A DNA stretch of 64,000 nt from Heteronotia binoei (lineage: Eukaryota). Where the stretch lies: contig NC_083236.1 of NCBI RefSeq assembly GCF_032191835.1, positions 45,756,001 to 45,820,000 of the forward strand. Direction: 5' to 3'. The translations under genes were made by a program, and so were the position numbers. Shown here piece after piece: positions 22,062-34,700 of the stretch (its first letter is position 1; every line of letters begins with the position of its first letter). A model generated the notes under the pieces. It was not told the origin of the DNA, did not search any database, and saw nothing but the letters and a program-made list of their open reading frames with translations.

Positions 22062-24400
22062 TTATTTTATTTTATTTTATTTTATTGGATTTATATCCCG
22101 CCCTCCCTGCCGAAGCAGGCTCAGGGTGGCTCACAACAATAAAAACATTTGCAGGTTAAACATTAACTAATTAAAATCTTACAATAAAACATAAGAACAT
22201 AAGAGAAGCCATGTTGGATCAGGCCAATGGCCCATCCAGTCCAACACTCTGTATCACACAGTGGCCAAAAATTTATATATATATCCACATGTTAATCACC
22301 CTTTGGGTGAAGAAGTACCTCCTTTTATCCGTTCTAACCTGACTGCTCAGCAATTTCATTGAATGCCCACGAGTTCTTGTATTGTGAGAAAGGGAGAAAA
22401 GTACTTCTTTCTCTGCCTTCTCCATCCCATGCATAATCTTGTAAACCTCTATCATGTCACCCCGCAGTCGACGTTTCTCCAAGCTAAAGAGCCCCAAGCG
22501 TTTTAACCTTTCTTCATAGGGAAAGTGTTTCAAACCTGTAATCATTCTAGTTGCCCTTTTCTGCACTTTTTCCAATGCTATAATATCCTTTTTGATGTGC
22601 GGTGACCAGAATTGCACACAGTATTCCAAATGAGACCGCACCATCGATTTATACAGGGGCATTATGATACTGGCTTATTTGTTTTCAATTCCCTTCCTAA
22701 TAATACCCAGCATGGCGTTGGCCTTGTTTATTGGAATCGCACACTGTCTTGACATTTTCAGTGAGTTATCTACTATGACTCCAAGATTTCTCTTTTGGTC
22801 AGTCTCTGCCAGTTCACACCCCAAACAATTAAAACAGTTTGGTGCTAATAATAATAATACATTCCAGTAATTTCAGTCTTCTTTACTCTCATATGTGGCT
22901 AGCCATTAAAAGCAAGTTGAAATAAAGCTGTCTTGCAAGCCTTGCGGAACTGGACAAGGTCCCGCAAAGCTCTTGCTTCTTCTGGCAGTTGGTTCCACCA
23001 ACAGGGGGCCGCTGTAGAGAAGGCTCTCTCCCGAGTGATCTTCAGTCTTGCCTCCCTCAGCCCAGGGATCGATAACAGGTTCCGTGTCCCTGATCTAAGT
23101 ACCCTCTGGGGAACATATGGGAAGAGACGGCCCCTAAGGTTGACAGGTCCTCGGCCATATAAGGCTTTAAAGGTAATAACCAGCACCTTGTTGCGAATCT
23201 GGTACACTATCGGCAGCCAGTGCAGTTCCCGCAGCCCAGACTGTATGTGCTCCTGCATGGGGAGCCCCAATAACAGCCTAGCTGCTGAATTCTGCGCCAG
23301 CTGCAGTCTCCGGATTTGAGACAAGGGCAGCCCCATGTAGAGGGCGTTACAGTAGTCCAATCTCGAGGTGACCGTAGCATGGATCAGAGTTGCCAGGTCG
23401 CCAACTGCCTTGCCCACCTAAGGTGGAAAAGGAAAGGGACCAACTGCCTTGCCCACCTAAGGTGGAAAAAGGCAGATTTGGCAGTGACTGCTATCTGAGC
23501 CTCCATTGCCAATGAAAGTTCCAGTAGCACCCCCAAGCTTCTGACCTTGGGCGCCACTACAAGTGGCGCACCATCAAAAGCTGGTAGGGGGATTCCCCTT
23601 CCCAGGCCACTGCGACTCAGGCAAAGGACCTCTGTCTTTGTTGGATTCAGCTTCAGTCAACTCAGCTTAAGCCACCCTGTGATGGCCTTCAGCACCAAGT
23701 CCAGATTTTCTGGGGTACAGGTAGACCAGCCATCCATCAGTAGATAGAGCTGGGTGTCATCAGCATACTGATGGCAACCCAACCCATACCTCTTGGCAAT
23801 CGGGGCAAGGAGGCACATATAGATGTTGAACAGCATCGGGGAGAGCACTGCCCCCTGAGGCACACCACAGTTAAGTGGGTGTCTCTGGGATGTCTGTCCC
23901 CCGATCGCCACCCTTGGTCCGTGGAGAAAAGAGGAGAGCCATTGTAAGGTCAACCCCTGAATCCCTGCGTCGGCAAGGCGGTGAATCAGGACCGTGTCGA
24001 ACACAGCCGACAGGTCCAACAACAGCAGTATCGCTGAGCTGCCTCTGTCCAGATGCCACTGGAGATCATCCACAGGGTGACCAGTACTGTCTCCACTCCA
24101 TGACCTGGGCGAAAGCTGGACTGATGGGGGTCCAGGACGGAAGCGTCCTCCAGAAAACTCTGTACCTGTAGTGCTACAGCCCTCTCAATAATTTTTCCCA
24201 GAAAGGGCATATTCGTGACTGGCCGATAGTGTGCCAATTTGGCTGGATCTAGTGATGGTTTTTTCAGGAGAGGGCAGACCACTGCCTCTTTGAGGGGCCC
24301 TGGAAAGAGCCCCTCAGAGAGGGATCTAGTTACGATATCCCGTGCTTCTATTTGTGATATTCCCATGCAGCGCTTCTATTTATTAGATGTCCATTAGAGA
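22062..24400 (-). mobile_element. 5'-truncated L2 LINE with degraded ORF2
   Basis: Frameshifted RT fragments: GVPQGAVLSPMLFNIYM, HQYADDTQLY, TSRLDYCNALYMGLP...LHWLP. The 3' tail gggcgggatataaatccaataaataaa lies at ~22062-22140. Confidence 0.92.
22188..22822 (-). mobile_element. CR1 LINE 3' fragment inserted in the L2 3' UTR
   Basis: LYKSMVRSHLEYCVQFWSPHIKKDIIALEKVQKRATRMI...LFSLEKRRLRGDMIEVYKIM, ending in a (TTATGTTC)n tail. Confidence 0.92.
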
Positions 24401-25207
24401 TATTTTCAGGTATTTTACCATTTCCCCTCACCCTGCTTTTACTTTGTATGTGGAAACTATCGACGTAGAAAAGTTGGTTAACTTTGACATTTTTGTTATT
24501 CTTTCATTTAACAGCCTATTCCCTTAGGAGTTAGCTTGCGGTAAGACTCCATTGTCTTCAATGGCATCACATTCTTGTTGTAATTTGAGATAGCTTTGGC
24601 CAGCCAGCTAAAGGCACATTTAAACGTTTTCTGTTGGAAAGAGATTTGGGGGACAGACTGCTATCATAAGTAGTGAGTTTTGAACAAAAAAACAGTTGCG
24701 GTGTTTTAGGTTAAGAATTAGGGTTTTGGACGTCCCTGGTTCAAGTGCCACCTTTGCTTTCCCCCATCTGTACTGTGGAGATAAAAATACATAGAATTCT
24801 TGTAAAGATTATAAGACAGTATACACGAATCAGTTTGAACCTTCAGAAACATTGTGGAAATGCTTTTCTGTAGTTAGATGACACATCCTTGAAGTTTTCT
24901 TTGCAATAACAGTTGTTACTGGCATAATACATTATATGAGTGCAAACTCTGAAAGTAGGAGGAGGAAACCTAGCTTCGTCCAACTTGAGTATTTAATGAT
25001 CCACACTGGTCTGTGCTTGTGTTGCTGTTGTACATCCAGGGCCGATCTCTTTATGCAGAGTATGTGAAAGATACCAAGTCCTAATCTTTGCTCTGTCTCT
25101 TTCCTTCCTGCCTGTTTTAGGAGCTGTGGACGACACAAGATGCTGAGCTGTTTGGTCTTGGGGCTTGAGGCTTGCGCTGGGAGATCTCCTTGCGAAAACT
25201 GCACACA

Positions 25208-25466
25208 ATGAAAATGCTTCCCGGCGTGGGGGTGTTTGGGACCGGGAGCACCGCTCGGGTGCTGGTTCCTCTGCTGCGGGCAGAAGGCTTCTCCATCGAG
25301 GCCCTCTGGGGGAAGACCGAAGAGGAAGCGAAGCAACTGGCTGAGGAAATGAATATTTCCTTCTACACCAGCCGGACAGATGATGTTCTGCTGCATCAGG
25401 ATGTGGACCTGGTTTGCATCAACATTCCCCCACCATTGACACGACAAATTGCGGTGAAAGCTCTAG
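25208..25466 (+). CDS. GFOD2: Glucose-fructose oxidoreductase domain-containing protein 2, first coding exon (exon starts at 25121)
   Basis: [49 protein letters not shown]...RQIAVKAL, near-identical to human GFOD2 as recalled; donor TAG|GTACCG, phase 1. Confidence 0.97.
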
Positions 25467-25714
25467 GTACCGTATATTGGCCGTTGAATGGAAACAAATT
25501 GTTCTGGCACTTGAATGAGACCTGCCTTCTTTGTTGTATACAGCAGCTGGCATCTGATGGTGGTCGCTGTGTAATTGATTACCGTAAACCTTATGTTTCA
25601 TTTTGGAGCATGATTTTGTATCTTATAGCTGTGAAATCCTGCAAAAATCCAGTTTGAATGAGGATCATAAGAGAGCAGAATGTGGCGGTAGAAAGTACTG
25701 TCACGTGTCCGCCA

Positions 25715-25932
25715 ACTTAGGGCGGCCCGGTCTCATCAGATCTCAGAAGCTAAACAGGGTTGACTCTGGCAGGTACTTGGATGGGAGACGTCCTTGGAAT
25801 TCAAGGAGCTGGGAGGTGGGGGCAGGCTTTATCCAGCCACCTCTCTGAATGTCCTCCAGGCCCCCAGTAGGAGTCAGTTCCCAGAGGCTGCCATGACTTC
25901 CAGGTGCATACACAACCTCACACATGCACACG
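25715..25932 (+). mobile_element. 5S rRNA-derived SINE, same subfamily as 13160
   Basis: 5S-like head, shared body and CA tail. Confidence 0.78.
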
Positions 25933-25954
25933 TGCACTTAAAAAAAATGTAAAC

Positions 25955-26122
25955 GATTTTCAAGGCAAGAGAGGAGCAGAGGGGATTTGCCATTGCCTGC
26001 CTCTGTGTAGCAACCCTGGACTTCCTTGGGGGCCTCCCGTCCAAGCACTAACCTGGGCCAACTTAACTGAGCTTTTGAGATCTGATGAAATAGGGCTAGC
26101 CTAGGCCATCCAGGTCAGGGCT
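25955..26122 (-). mobile_element. 5S-Sauria-like SINE
   Basis: Reverse complement has a 5S-like head and a ggcaatggcaaa body; related copies at ~42.04-42.19, 53.81-53.99, 56.51-56.62 and 63.43-63.60 kb. Confidence 0.65.
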
Positions 26123-26299
26123 AGTGTTACAAAAATAAGCAACTTTCTGCCCTGACTTGTGCATACCAACTGGTGTGACACAAGAGGGGAGCATACCGCA
26201 CACACAAATGTGTAAGATCTTAGTGGGAAAATAGCTCACTGGAACCCATTTTTGCTGCTGTTATGGATCCGTTTTCAGTGGGTTGGTTAGCCTTTCTGA

Positions 26300-26610
26300 G
26301 GACTGGACAAAGCTAGAGCCCGGTGGCACCTTTAAGACCAACAAAGTTTAACTCAAGGTGTGAGCAACAACATAACAGTAAATCCGTATTCGATAGAAGT
26401 AACAGGGTGAGAGCAGTGATTCCCCCCCTGAATTTTGTCAGGCAACCTGAAGACTGGACAAAGTTAGAGTCCAGTGGCACCTTTAAGACCAACGAAGTTT
26501 AATTCAAGGTGTGAGCTTTCGTTTGCATGCACAAAAGAGTGATTCATTCCTTATTCAACAGAAGTAACAGGGTAAGAGCAGGGATATTCCCCTCAATTTT
26601 GTCAGGCAAC
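26300..26610 (-). mobile_element. Penelope-like terminal fragments in a ~150 bp tandem duplication
   Basis: gcacctttaagaccaac motif repeated with diverged flanks. Confidence 0.65.
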
Positions 26611-28599
26611 AAAGTGATTTTTGTATTGCCTATTAATATATAGGAGAGGTAATGTATAGGAGAGGAAATGTTGCAGTTACGTACTCACAGAAAGGACACA
26701 GAGCCCAGTTGTTTCTCTGTGTGCAGCCTTCCCGGTCATTACAAGTATGGCAGAGACTTCTGCGTTCAATAAACAGGAAGCAGCAAGGTGAAAGTATCTT
26801 TTGGAACAGATTTCACATTCTTTCTTAAACAGGGCTGATAAACAGGAAGGCTGGCAGGCTTCCAAAGCAAGAATGGTTTTTATAGAGGTTAGAAGTGGAA
26901 TCTGTGTAATCATGTGATTAAATTAAGTTTCTGCATTCCCACAGCACTTGAAAGACAGAGCAAAAGACACCAGCATATTTCTGCTGCTTCACTGACCACT
27001 AGGCGTCTGCAGAGACCGCACTATGGTGCTTGTTTCCCCATGCCCATGGATCAAGGAGAAATTCTGCAGAAGGGGAAGTGGCTGCTACCTCTTGGTGTGG
27101 TCTGTTGTTCTTCAGGAAGCAAAAGGCTCATTAAACTTTATAGGGAGCGCCTGCAAGAAATCTGGGCTTGGTGCTTGCTAGAGCGTGGAGTGAAACCCAG
27201 CAGCTGCTTTGCCAGTTGCTGAGCAGCAGATCGTGGCTTCTGTTGATGAGACTGGTGCTTGAAGTAGGGAAGGGGCTCAAGTTGTCCTTACTTATTTCTG
27301 AAGGACAAGTTAGAATCATAGAGTTGGAAGGGGCCATACAGGCCATCTAGTCCAACCCCCTGCTCAATGCAGGGTCAGCCTTCAGCATCCCTGACAAGAT
27401 AGAATCATAAAAGCTGGAAGGGGCCATAGTTTAGTTTTACTTGAAATGTGTTATCCGAGCACATGCTTCTTTGGTGCTCATTGGCTGTCTGGATGTAGAG
27501 TGGTTGGGATTCCGGGGAGGAGGGAGTATCCCATTCCTGAAAGTCAGGTTGATTCTTTCAAGGCTGCAGTGTGGTACTAAAAATCATGTATAATTTTGAA
27601 GAGATTCTGTAAAATTGATCCCAACTGGGATTTGAGACCAGAATGCTGGCATTCTGGTTGGGGTATGGCAGGAACTGGATGGAACGCTGCTATTGTTAGG
27701 TTTTATATAAGAGTATTTTTGAAGCGCCTCAGGAATTAAATGATGTGCAAAACATTTTTTAAAAAAAGATGCCCTGTTCACTGGCCTTGCAGTTTTAATT
27801 TAGACAGAAATAAAATCAGCAGACTGAAAACTGGAGGAGGTCAAAAGTAATTATTCAGAGGTCAATTGAAACAATTGTGTCTTAAGGCTTTTATTTTTAT
27901 TTTAAGAAGGATGTTAAATGAATATTGGCTGTTGTAGATAAGGAACAATGGAGAAAGAGCACGAAGATAGGAAACGGAGGGAGAGAGACAAGAGTTTAAC
28001 CAGCAATTAAGAACCAGCAATTAAGAACCCGAAGAATGCAAGGCCTGGGGAAGAGATTGCAGAGATATTAGAGGCTTGAGATAAGCGGGAGCTTGATAAT
28101 GAATACGCTTCATAACGAGCTGCAAAATCTTAAATTGAATTCGGAAAGGAAGCGAATGGAAACAGTATGAAAACCTTGACCGAGTGTACAGGCAGGACAA
28201 AAAACAGGACAGGTTGTAGAATGCAAAACAGCAACAAGAGGCTTAAGGTAGGAATAAAGGGTATATGTAAAAAAGTGCCATCACATCTCAGCTGTCTTAT
28301 GGTGACCCAGAAAGAAATGATTTGCCATCATCTTCCTCTTTGTAGTCAGCTTAGTGGTCACCCATCGAAGGACTAATCAAAACCAGCCCTGTTTCATTTT
28401 TGAGAAGACTGAATGAGTTTAGGCTATCCAGATCAGGACGAGTGTAAATTGACTAAAAGAGCACTAAAGTTGAGTCAAAATATGACCAGAAAATGGGTGG
28501 AATCAGCTGAAAAGAATGATAGGATTTGAGGCAGAGTCCTTCAAGTTAGGAGGTCTAAAATCATTTGCCCAGGACAGAAGTCCTGATCTTTTAGAAGAA

Positions 28600-28868
28600 G
28601 GAATAAGAAGAAGATATTAGATTTATATCCCACCCTTCAGTCTGAAAGAGCGACTCACAATCTCCTTTATCTTCCTCCCCTGCAACAGACACCCTGTGAG
28701 GTGGGAGGGCCTGAGAGAGTTCTCACAGAAGCTGCCCTTTCAAGGACAACCTCTGCCAGAGCTATGGCTAACCAAAGGCCATTCCAGCAGGTGCAAGTGG
28801 AGGCGTGGGGAATCAAACCCAGTTCTCCCAGATAAGAGTCCGCACACTTAACCACTACACCAAACTGT
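28600..28868 (-). mobile_element. tRNA-derived SINE (Squam-like)
   Basis: Same family as 15395-15650. Confidence 0.8.
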
Positions 28869-30655
28869 TTCTCCTGATTTCATGGTTTATAACCATTAAA
28901 TCAGGGCCATGAAATGCCTGTGCTGTGGCCCAGCTGTATTTAAACTCTGATGCTCTTTGACTTTGGAAAAGGTTCACAGAAAAAAAAAGCAGTTCAGATT
29001 AATAATAATAATACATTTTATTTTTATAATACATTTTATTATTACATTAATAATACTTTTCAGGTATTATAAGACAGTTTCAGATTTAGAAATGCTAATT
29101 TAAGTTACTCCTGCAGCTAGCAGTTTGAGAGTGCTATCTAATGGATATAACACAGCGTTGTGCTATGTAAGTGCAGTGGATGGCATGTCTAAATATACAA
29201 ATTATATTGGTTATGCATATTAGCAGTGTTCTCTTGGTTAATTAGCTTTGTTGTCAAGTGTTTATGATTGTGCTAAGCAAACCATCTATCTTTATCAGGA
29301 GATGTCATGATGTTTCCAGTCCTATCAACACCTTAGGCTGCCTAAGTTTTAGTCTGCTTACTAAGCCAAAAACTATTTGAAACTTCTAAGAATTTCTCTC
29401 TGTTCGGTCCTCACGTGAGTTTAAAAAAGGGGTGCTTGAGGGATCTTCAAAAGCAAGGTGATTCCAGGTTCCCTCTCAACAGTTACTTAAATGCGAATTG
29501 TCACAGTTGAAGAATTATTTATTATCTGTTAATTAAGGGACTTATAGTGCAGTCCTTAACTGTAAATCCTGTTTAATGAAAAGGTATGTATACACAGAAT
29601 GGAACTCTTGCATATAAGAGAAAAAAACAATCAATGTTCTTTCCTGCTTATTTGTGTGTACACACAGCCCAAGTTTTTAGGATGCCAAAAATTTATCAGC
29701 TATTCCATTCTGTTTTTAATTAACAAGCAAGACTGTCTTTAGATTTCCATAATCATTTCCCCTCATGATAATTTCTTCCCTATATTTAGCATGCGAGGTA
29801 ACCTGTAGTAATTCTGAAAAGGTGCGTTGGCTCTTGCATGCCTGAATCCTGCTGTTTGTCTTTGGTTTTTGACACACCTCAAAGGAGATGATATGGCACA
29901 TTGCATATTTAAATTACAGAATACTGTTTTAACCATGCCACTTCCTTGGAAAGAGATGCTTCAGTTGTTTGGCACCATATATTTTTATGTACTTCTTTTA
30001 TAACTGTTTAACTGTTTAAATATTTAACTGTTTTATACTTGAAATTGTTTAAATTTTATGTTTGATTAATTGTTGGAAGCCGCCCTGAGCCATTCATGGG
30101 AAGGGCGGGATATAAATCCCAAATAAATAAGCACACTTTGCCCCCTCCCTAATGGACCAAAAGTATTTACAACATATTTCCCCTCTCCATTTTATCCTCA
30201 CAAGAACCCTGTGATGTAGGTTAGGCTGTGTGTGACTGGCCTGTCACCCAGCAAGCTTCTAAGAAGGCAGAGTGGAGATTCAAACTTAGATCTCCTAGAT
30301 TCTAGTCCAACAGTTCTAGTCCAACAGTCCTAGATTCTAGTCCAACCGTGCTACATCACACTGTCTGGCAATGGCTTTCCCTTAGCCAGCTCTGAGTACT
30401 GTGCATTCAAAGGCATAACTGCTGGATGTTTGATCAGCAGACGACATCTACCTGGATCTTTGTAGTTCTCTTGTTCTTCCCAGAAAGTCTGTGTTGGATC
30501 TTGTAGGTACTCTCATTTATATCTGATCCCCCTGTTACTGTTTGCCTTGGTCTTCCCCAAAGTGAAATTTTGCTTCTCAGGCAAGAGTTTACATTTTCTT
30601 GAGTTGTTTGGCACCCTGGTGACCTCTGAATCAAATCAGTCTCCTGTTTCATCAG

Positions 30656-31554
30656 GTATCGGAAAGAACGTCATTTGTGAAAAAGCTGCAACTTCTGTGG
30701 ATACCTTCAGGATGGTGACTGCCGCCAGATACTACCCCAAACTCATGAGCATCGTGGGCAACGTCCTGCGTTTCCTGCCAGCTTTCATCAAAATGAAGCG
30801 ATTGATAGAAGAGAACTACGTGGGCGACGTCCTGATCTGCGACGTTCGAGTGTGCTGGGGCAGCCTCCTCAGCCACAAGTACAACTGGATCTGTGACGAG
30901 CAGATGGGTGGAGGCGGCCTGCACACTATGGGGACCTACATCATAGACCTCCTCACTCACTTGACTGGCCGAAAGGCCGAGAAAGTCCACGGCTTGCTGA
31001 AAACCTTCGTGAAGCAGAACTCCGCCATCAACGGGATACGCCACGTCACCAGCGACGACTTCTGCTTTTTCCAGATGCTGATGGCGGGAGACATCTGCAG
31101 CACGGTGACCCTCAACTTCAACATGCCCGGATCGTTCATCCACGAGGTCATGATCGTCGGGTCCGCAGGGCGCCTGGTCGCTCGCGGGACAGAACTGTAC
31201 GGCCAGAAGAACACCGCTCTCCAGGAGGAGCTCCTGTTCGTAGACTCTCTGGACATCGACGTGGGGCTTTCGGGGAAAGGGTTTCAAGACATACCCATGC
31301 TGTACCTCAAAGGAATGGTATACCTGGTGCAAGCCCTGCGTCAGTCATTCCAGGACCAGGAGGATCAGCGGACTTGGGATCCCAAGCCAGTCGCTATGGC
31401 AGCATCTTTTGAAGATGGCCTCTACATGCAAAGTGTAGTAGATGCGATTAAGAAATCCAGCCGGTCTGGGGAGTGGGAATCTGTGGAAATCATGACAGAA
31501 GAGCCAGATGCCAATCAAAACCTCTGTGAGGCGCTTCAGAGAAATAACCTATAA
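30656..31554 (+). CDS. GFOD2: GFOD2 terminal coding exon
   Basis: [28 protein letters not shown]...[18 protein letters not shown]; acceptor tttcatcAG; 259+899 nt gives 385 aa. Confidence 0.97.
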
Positions 31555-33931
31555 TGGGGAAAGTTCCTGGAGAAGCAGGATGGTTGGCAGGAATGGGCAG
31601 AAAGCTTCAAAGATGGATACTTTTTGGGGTATCGGGAGGGAAGGATAATGAGGAGCTATACTTGTGGGTAAAAACCTCTAAGGAAACGCTTTTTTGTTTT
31701 TAGACTCATTCAGAGGGTTTTAAATATTGCAGATTTGCGTTTGTATGTTTTGGTGGTTTTAACACTAAACTTTCTGAGTTGAGTATCGTTAGGAAAACTT
31801 GAATCTCCCTTTGCACTCAGCCATAGCTAAAACAAAAGCGTGGGTAAGTCTGTGTCTCTTCTACGCAGCTTTTGGCACTCTTGCCGGTTTAATACGATAG
31901 CACTTCGCACTACAAAAGGCTGTTTTTCATAGGAACACAAGTGTTCTCGACAAGGGGGGGAGGGACCCTCGCAGAAGGGATACGATGAAGCAAGTCTTTC
32001 AATTTGACCATCTGGGGGACAGCCTCCAGTCTGAATGTTTTGAATTTACACTGTGAGATTGAGTCTGCTCTGTGACAGTAGCCACTTTCTTCTGGTTGCT
32101 AGAAGGAAAACTCGAGTACTTTGTCTACTGTTTCCACATATCAGCGCTGCTCTTCCGTGGCAGGTTGTTTGAGGCTGGAGGAGGCTTTTGCGTGTCTTTC
32201 CCCACATTTCTCTCCTGCCCTGTTCAGTGCCACCGAGCAAACTCCATCCATGATCGTCCTCTGGGGAAGCTCACTGGTCAGCAAGTACCAGCCCCGCAGC
32301 CAGTTTTGCTCATCCGATCGTTGACTTGTAAAATATCTGGCTGCGTAAATGAGGCAGGTTATCCTCTGTCAAGGGATATGAAGTTAAATACAGAAGAAAT
32401 ATTCGATCGCTTTATTCAGCCATGGGCAGATAGGATAGTTGTTAGCTTGAAGGCGTTAAGGCCAGAAATGGCTTTGGTCAGGCAAGTGGGTGTAATTCAG
32501 ACACTGGGACAATGTTCTACGCCTCTTCCCTTTCTGACTTGTATTCTTTGAGAATTCTGGTGCTGCTGGCCAAACAAATCTTAGTGCGCATCTACCAGGT
32601 CTCAGTGCTGCTGCCCTTTGCTGGGCTGAACCTGAGAAGTCGTAGCTAATTTTTTTTTGTATGAGATATATTGTTTACTTGAATGTTTTTATGGGTTCCT
32701 ACTAGATTTTAATCCTGTACCTTAATATAAAGCCATTAGCAAGCAATCTTAATGTTTTTTTGCAAGTGGCTGTGTTTGTTGTGCATAAGAGCGCATAAGA
32801 TCAGGAACTGCTATCAGCTGTTTTCTGATTCCGAAAGAAAAAACTCTGCCGTTCCTCACCCTGTTATTCTGAGCTTTTAAAGTTATTTTTAACTGCAACA
32901 GCTGTATCCTTCATTCTAGTTACAGATGTTTATTTTCCTGCCACTGTAGTAACAGGTTGCAGCCCTAGATCCTCTTTTGCAAGGGGGGTGGGGCAGAATC
33001 CACATTCTGTACTAATGGAATCTTGATTTTGTGGTCACACTGTCCGGTGATGCAGAATTTCAGAATTGGTACACAGTGTGATGACAAAGGAGGAAATAAG
33101 TTGAACATTTTGGGATTGGGTATCACAAACCTTAGTTTGGGAGGACGTGCAAGACCAGCCTCTTTATGCATTGGGAGGTCCCGCTAGAAAACCTTCTTTG
33201 ATTTCTGATCCTTTTAACTTGAAACTGCCTTGTCATCTTTCAAAAGTTCTTTCTTATCTTTAAGCCAAAATGTGTTTTCACATTAATTCTACTTCAGATT
33301 CCTAGTATATGCTTTTAACCCAAGTGCATGGATGTTTGTCTTCATCAAAAGGGCTGGCTCATTACTAGTTGCGAACTCTGTGCCATTGTGAAAGATGTGA
33401 TCTGTTTGGGCTAAGCGATTCCTCTGTAGTTCGGCATTCATGACTGAGCACTGCCGTCTTGTTCTTTCTGGGAAATGAAGCGTTAATTGAATTCTTCCCT
33501 CTCCCTGATGATATAAAAATTCAAACTCTCGTGGTAAGCGTTCCCCACCCACCCACCCACTTTGAAGCTCAGCACAGAAATGGGAATGCCAAAGAATGCC
33601 TTTGGTCATATTCCATAGTTCTTTTTGGTGGCAAAAAGAAGAATGCTTCCCTGCCCCCTGCTGCTACCCTTGCATGCTTCCCTTCCATATTACAAGCTGC
33701 TGTTTTCTTTAGTATATGGAGGGTTGTAAACTGTTTGGAGGCTGTGTTCTCTGCCATGTCCAGCAAAGTTGGGAAAAAGGAAGAAAACAGTCCTGGAATC
33801 CTCATTGCTAGTAGGCAGAAGAGCGTCATTTCAATCCTACGGACATTAAACTGATTCAAACTCCAGCAGAGCCCCCCCCCCATAAGTATATTCAATCACT
33901 CTTAAAAGGAGTGTTCCCTTTCCTCCTAGAC

Positions 33932-34249
33932 CAGGGGTGGCCAAACTTGCTTAACGTAAGAGCCGTATAGAATAAACATCAGCTGGCTGAGAGCTGCAAG
34001 ACATGAACGTCAGATGTTTGAGAGCCACTAGGAAGGAAGGAAAGCAAATAGGCGGGGGGGAGGAGAGGTGGAAAGAAAGCAACTTTAAATGCCTTCTCCA
34101 AGCTGCTTGGCTGGCTTAGCTTGGAGAAGTGATTTAAAAAGAAAAATGTCATCTCCAAGCCGGCTGACGAGGTGGTGGGGGCTTTGAGAGCCGCACAATA
34201 TGTGTGAAGGAACCACATGTGGCTCCTAAGCCATAGTTTGGTCACCCTG
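33932..34249. mobile_element. hAT MITE family A between the convergent GFOD2 and C16orf86 3' ends
   Basis: Perfect 8 bp TSD TCCTAGAC. Confidence 0.9.
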
Positions 34250-34380
34250 TCCTAGACTTTTGGGGAGGAGAGCATGTTGGGTGGGGTGGATAAACTCTAT
34301 TCCTGTCTCTGGGAACTTCTTAGCAGTTCTGAAGAACTCTGCCTGAACTAGGCTGCTTAAGCCAGCATCTCCAGTTCCCC

Positions 34381-34386
34381 TTTATT
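34381..34386 (-). terminator. Candidate C16orf86 polyadenylation signal
   Basis: AATAAA on the minus strand ~155 nt after the stop codon. Confidence 0.5.
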
Positions 34387-34539
34387 TTATCAGCCAGTGG
34401 ACAGAGCCAAACGCACAAATACTTGATACCAGAATGTAACGAACCATGTTTGATTAATATATTTGGATGGGGCAAAAGGAACATCTGTTAAAGAGGTGGT
34501 CTCCAGGGAGCCTTTTAAAGGAGATTCTGCCAGACGGTG

Positions 34540-34700
34540 CTACTTGTGCTGTGGCGACAGCGGCGGGACGAGGTGAGCCGCGCAGACGCTGAGCATCTTG
34601 TCTATGTCCACCTGAGTAGACTTGTCCACCTCAGCCTTGGCTGCGACTCCCGTATTGGCGCTTTTGGGGCTCCTCAAGTCTCTACCTTTGTCTTCTGCAA
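34540..34700 (-). CDS. C16orf86: C16orf86 orthologue, terminal coding exon
   Basis: ...KAEVDKSTQVDIDKMLSVCAAHLVPPLSPQHK* matches the recalled human C-terminus; acceptor ccttttattccctgttcAG, phase 1. Confidence 0.92.

Noticed and set aside
25467-25657. C-terminal extension of ORF 25172-25657
   Set aside because: Read-through into the intron past the phase-1 donor.
30547-30655. N-terminal part of the 335 aa ORF (MVFPKVKF...)
   Set aside because: Intronic read-through upstream of the acceptor at 30655; GFOD2 similarity starts at GIGKNV.
30651-30661. AG|GTATC at the GFOD2 acceptor resembling a recursive splice site
   Set aside because: Explained by the split Gly codon G|GT; the reconstituted donor is weak.
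30652-31332. 226 aa antisense ORF over GFOD2 exon 3
   Set aside because: Shadow ORF expected from the GC3-rich codon usage of the real sense exon; no recognisable domain.
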